Source of the DNA: Nemertoderma westbladi
Lineage: Eukaryota > Animalia > Xenacoelomorpha
Assembly: GCA_032718475.1 (NCBI GenBank)
Contig: JAUCBJ010004254.1
Span: 1-64,000 of the forward strand
DNA length: 64,000 bases
Direction of reading: 5' to 3'
The notes under the pieces were generated by a model that was not told the origin of the DNA, searched no databases, and saw only the letters and a program-made list of their open reading frames with translations. This document shows positions 59,736 to 64,000 of this stretch, piece by piece; the first letter of the stretch is position 1; each line of letters starts with the position of its first letter. The translations under genes were made by a program, and so were the position numbers.

Positions 59736-60487
59736 AATCCCATCACCCTATATCCCATCTAATGTGCCAATCACTGATTGGCCATTACCTAGTAACGGCC
59801 CTAGAGTATGTACCTCTATATAACTAATGAATATCAATACAGATATCTTCAATCATAGGACTCCCATGTTTCCCCATACATCATTATGAAGCTAGGTTCC
59901 AAAAAAATTTCCAGAAAATGTTTTCTTCAACAGATGGTAATACAGACAGCTGTGAGTGTATAATGGTATTCAAAGTTTTACACCTGCTCCTATTATGGTT
60001 GACTATGATCTACAAATGATAATAATAAGAACATAATAACATAATAAGAATAGGGTGGAAATGTAGCCAGCCAATTGCAGTGGTGCAGTTATAGATGAAA
60101 GCCACCCATCATGCTAAGTGTCCATATTTATAGCCCTTTACGAAAAGTATCAGGGGAGAAACTCTTTTGCCAAACTTTTGAAAAATTTTCAAACAAACAC
60201 TGATGTACATAGGGAATAAATTCGGCTTTGTCTTACCCACCGGTGAATTAAGTCCACCACAGTTTAAAGCACAATATATGATAATTCAGCACTACAGCAT
60301 TATATAATAATAATAATAACTTGTATTTACTTAAAATCCGCCGGGTAAACCAATTGGAGGCAGCTTGCAAACAGACGTCACACAGGCTGATAGATATCAC
60401 ATTACCAAGTGATGCTACAAAATCCAGTGAAGTACAACAGAATACCGGTAGGCCTATATATAATTAAGGTAATTAAGGGGTGAGCCA

Positions 60488-60885
60488 TTTGTTTTCATTT
60501 CTTGTGGGACTCTTGTCTACTATGTACATGTCTACTATGATGGGATAGATGAGCTTTAAACACTCAGGTATTTTAAAGACCTTAGGGGGAACACCATCTA
60601 CTGCACTGGCACGATTGGTCTTAATGCTCTTTGCAGCAGCCTTCACTTCTGCAAAGAAGATATCGCCAATGGGTATATCTGGGAGTACAGACTCAGACAC
60701 TTTTACTTCTTATCAATTCAATCAATCTTATTATAAAGTTATCAGGCAATACCCTGTCATTATTGAGGAGCTTTTCAAAGTGGGCCTTCCAACCATTGAG
60801 GTGATCGGCTGGTGGTTCTGCCTTAATCATTTCGGCACTTCTGAATTTTGTGGTCAGTCCAGGGGGCCCTTTTCCTGTTTCGAGG
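60488..60885 (-). mobile_element. RTE fragment (same family as 53416-55335), resuming at 62677-62723
   Basis: Near copy of 54390-54995 with deletions; continues after the L2/CR1 insertion. Confidence 0.85.
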
Positions 60886-62676
60886 GCAAATAGGGTCCGA
60901 AACTCTAAATAATTTTTATTTAGAAAAGTTACAAAATTCAGAGAAGTTATTTTTAAAACCCGTTTCGGAGGATTTCGTTTTTCAAAATCTACTTAGCCTA
61001 TCAGCCTCAAAAAGTACCGGTCTAGACCTAATACCTGCCCGTTTTCTTAAGGATGGTGCTGAAGTACTTAAAGTGCCTATTACTTTTATTATTAATTACT
61101 CTATCGTACGTTATTAAATCTGATCTATGAACTTCAGTCCGGTTTTCGTAAATCATATTCCCTATACATACACCTGCCTTATTAACTTAACTGATACAAT
61201 TAGATGTAATAACGCAAAGGGTTTATATACTGGTATGGTAATGTTGGACCTACAAAAGGCTTTCGATACTGTAGATCACGAAATTCTGCTTGGTAAGTTA
61301 GGCCTGATGGGTGTAGGTTCTATAGACTGGTTCAAGTCCTACCTGTCAGACAGAGGTCAAACTGTAGTCATTAGCAAATCTCAGTCTACTGTACAAGAGA
61401 TTACCTGTGGTGTACCGCAATGTAGTATATTAGGTCCTCTGCTTTTTGTATGCTATGTAAATGATATGATAAGTAGTGTAGATCCCGATTTTAAACTCAT
61501 TTTATATGCCGACGACAGTGCTCTTATTTTCTCTCATAAAGATTCTATCCATATTTCCCAAAAGTTAAGTGCAGTTCTAGAATCATGTAATGAGTGGTTG
61601 GTTGATAATAAGCTATCCATTCACTACGGTAAGACTGAAAGTATTTTGTTTGGCTCCAAAAGAAAGTTAAAGAAGGTAACTAAGTTTGAAGTCACTAGTA
61701 ATGGACATAAGATTGAAAATAAAAAGGAAGTTAAATATTTAGGCACCACATTGTTACAGTGAAAAATATTTTCTCGAAAGTTAATAGTAGGCTTAGGTTT
61801 CTATACAGAAATAAAAATAGTTTGAACACCGACTCCCGCAAGTTACGTTGCCCTTCTTTAATAGTGTCACATGGACTATGCATGCCCTTCTTGGTATGAA
61901 GGCTTAACCAAACAGCTTAAATGTAAATTACAAGTAGCTCAGAATAAAGTAGTACGATTTATTAAAGACTACAAACCTAGGCACCACCTAACTCCAGATG
62001 ACTTTTCTGAATCTGGACTACTTAACTTAGATAGTAGAGTTAAGCAGCTACGCCTTAACCATGTGCATAAAGTGTATAATGGTAAATGTCCCAATTACCT
62101 AAAACAACAATTCAACAGAGTACGTGATACACACTCTTACAGTACCAGAGCTAGTGCTTCAAACTTCTACCTCCCGAATTGTAAATCCTTCGAATCTGAT
62201 ACTTTCTTTTTTAACGGCATTAAAAATTGGAACGCTCTGCCTAATGAAATTAAAAACCTAAATAATCAACATTCTTTTAAATCTGCAGTTAAATCTCATC
62301 TCCATGTGCAATGTAAAAATAGGTACAATAGTCCTACAGTAAGTTATTAGTTTATTAATTATTTACTATTTATACTGTAATTACGTTTTATAATAAATTG
62401 TTCTGTACATTACATCTTTATCGTTGAGTCGGACATTGTCACGCTCTCGGTAAAGTTGTACATGTACATAGTGTAATTACGTTTTATATTGGTTTTAGGT
62501 TAGCGTAGTGTAATATTGTATTTGTAACCCAGTAACATAAAGGACCCCCTTGGAAATAAGCTGCAAAGCTTTAGGGGTAATCCTATATGTTATGTTGGAC
62601 AATACCTTTATACCGGTACATTGTTTGGTGTATTTGTTATTGTTTTTACATAATGTATAAATAAATCTATCTATCT
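60886..62676 (+). mobile_element. L2/CR1-group (Crack-like) LINE, 5'-truncated
   Basis: LDLQKAFDTVDH, GVPQCSILGPLLF, LYADD, YLG, DYAC..WY, K.WNALP; 3' stem-loop GGACCCC...GGGGTAATCC; AATAAA then a (TCTA)n tail. Confidence 0.88.
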
Positions 62677-62723
62677 ATACAGGAACTGTTTCTGCAGCTG
62701 CTAACTTAACTGCTTCTGTGAAG

Positions 62724-63495
62724 ATCAATTCTATGCAGGTGGTTCAATGTTAAGTGAGGCCATATCAAAGCAAGATTATAGGTAAAAGTATTGAGGGAAT
62801 CTTTATGTTGAATATTTTCAGATGTTTTTAGTGACAAGGTTCTCGGATTTTTAATGCTGTTGCTGATGCTGATGACAGATCTGCAACAAACATTAATTAT
62901 TTGCGTGTTGAACGTTAGTGTGCTCTGGAATGTCACACCAAGATATATATAACTGTTTACAATTTTAAATATAGCATCATCATAACTAAATTTATCATTA
63001 TTGCACCTTCCACCATGGTGGAACTACATGATTGCTGTCTTTTTTAAGTTAACCTGGATATGATTTCCTTTTGCCCATAGTGACAAAGCATTGAGACTGG
63101 CTGGTATGGTTTCTTTTGATTCTGAATAAAATAAAATATCGTCTGCAAATAACAATATCAATAAGTTTTTTGTGGCATTTTTATTTCTTATCACTATGTC
63201 AGCAATATGAATGATGAACAGTAAAGGGCTCAAAGAATCTCCTTGCAATAAACCTCGAGTTTGGCTAATTGGATTTAATTTTCTCAGGCCATCAAATACT
63301 TGGACGTAGTTTGTGGACATCAGAAGATGTATAAACTGGAGCAGATGGCCCTTAACATTAAATTGATATTTTAGTTTGTCTAGGAGATTTCTTCTTGGAA
63401 TAGAATCAAATGCCTTTCTGAAATCGACGAAGCAAGTGTATATAGGCTTCTTAGTAGGGATGATTCAGTAATATTATTTAGGAGCTGTTGGATTG
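62724..63495 (-). mobile_element. LINE RT fragment (RTEX-like)
   Basis: FVDFRKAFDSI, GLLQGDSLSPLLF, LLFADD, YLGV. Confidence 0.75.
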
Positions 63496-63500
63496 GTTAA

Positions 63501-64000
63501 CCCTATTAGTACCGGGCTATAAAATGTTGTACAAATACCGGGGGGGGGGGGGGGGGTCATATTGACCCCCCCCCCCCCCCCTCTAAAATCTACAAATATT
63601 TACGAAAACGGCTGATTTTTTGTTTGTGCGTAGGTATCACTTGTCTGGATCCGACCGAAAAAAAAATTTTTCGAAAAAATGTACTGGGGTGGTTATATTG
63701 CAGCACCAAAATTACAAGTAGTGCACAATTTTCACAAAATTTGAAAGTTACATTTTCGGCTAATTATTTTTCAATACAGGTTTTCTGGGGTGCAAAATAC
63801 ATTGCAAAATATTAAAAAATGATATGATTACTATAAATGGCTGTTTAGTCCTCTCTGCGTAGGAAAAAAAATGAAAAAAACAAGTAACCAGCACTTTTCA
63901 GTTAGAACACAAAATTTTAATTCACTTATACGATGCTATAAATTCACATTTTCAGGTTTTCGAGGGCGCTGATTCTAATGGAATACATTTCTAATATGCC
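63501..64000. mobile_element. Non-autonomous TTAA-targeting element, family A (runs off the window)
   Basis: TTAA|CCCTATTAGT; near-identical to 41409-41900. Confidence 0.9.

Overview
AT-rich animal (invertebrate, probably bilaterian) genomic DNA made up almost entirely of nested transposable elements. It holds two diverged BEL/Pao LTR elements (one partial, one complete but defective), an intact and very young GC-rich CsRn1-lineage Gypsy, a near-intact piggyBac, three copies of a TTAA-flanked non-autonomous element, a hATm relic, a Tc1/mariner-type foldback MITE, several RTE, CRE, L2/CR1 and RTEX LINE pieces, Helentron-associated repeats, hammerhead ribozyme motifs and a 3-kb 14-bp satellite. 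Host-like coding DNA is limited to a disrupted TRPM channel locus and a 291-aa orphan ORF with a C-terminal hydrophobic segment. The most notable signal is in the BEL/Pao elements. Both lack a tRNA primer-binding site. Instead, the 11-12 nt abutting the 5' LTR are perfectly complementary to a homologous position inside their own LTR, with three compensatory changes between the two elements, which is the signature of Tf1-like self-primed reverse transcription. All calls come from reading the sequence by eye; no database searches were run.
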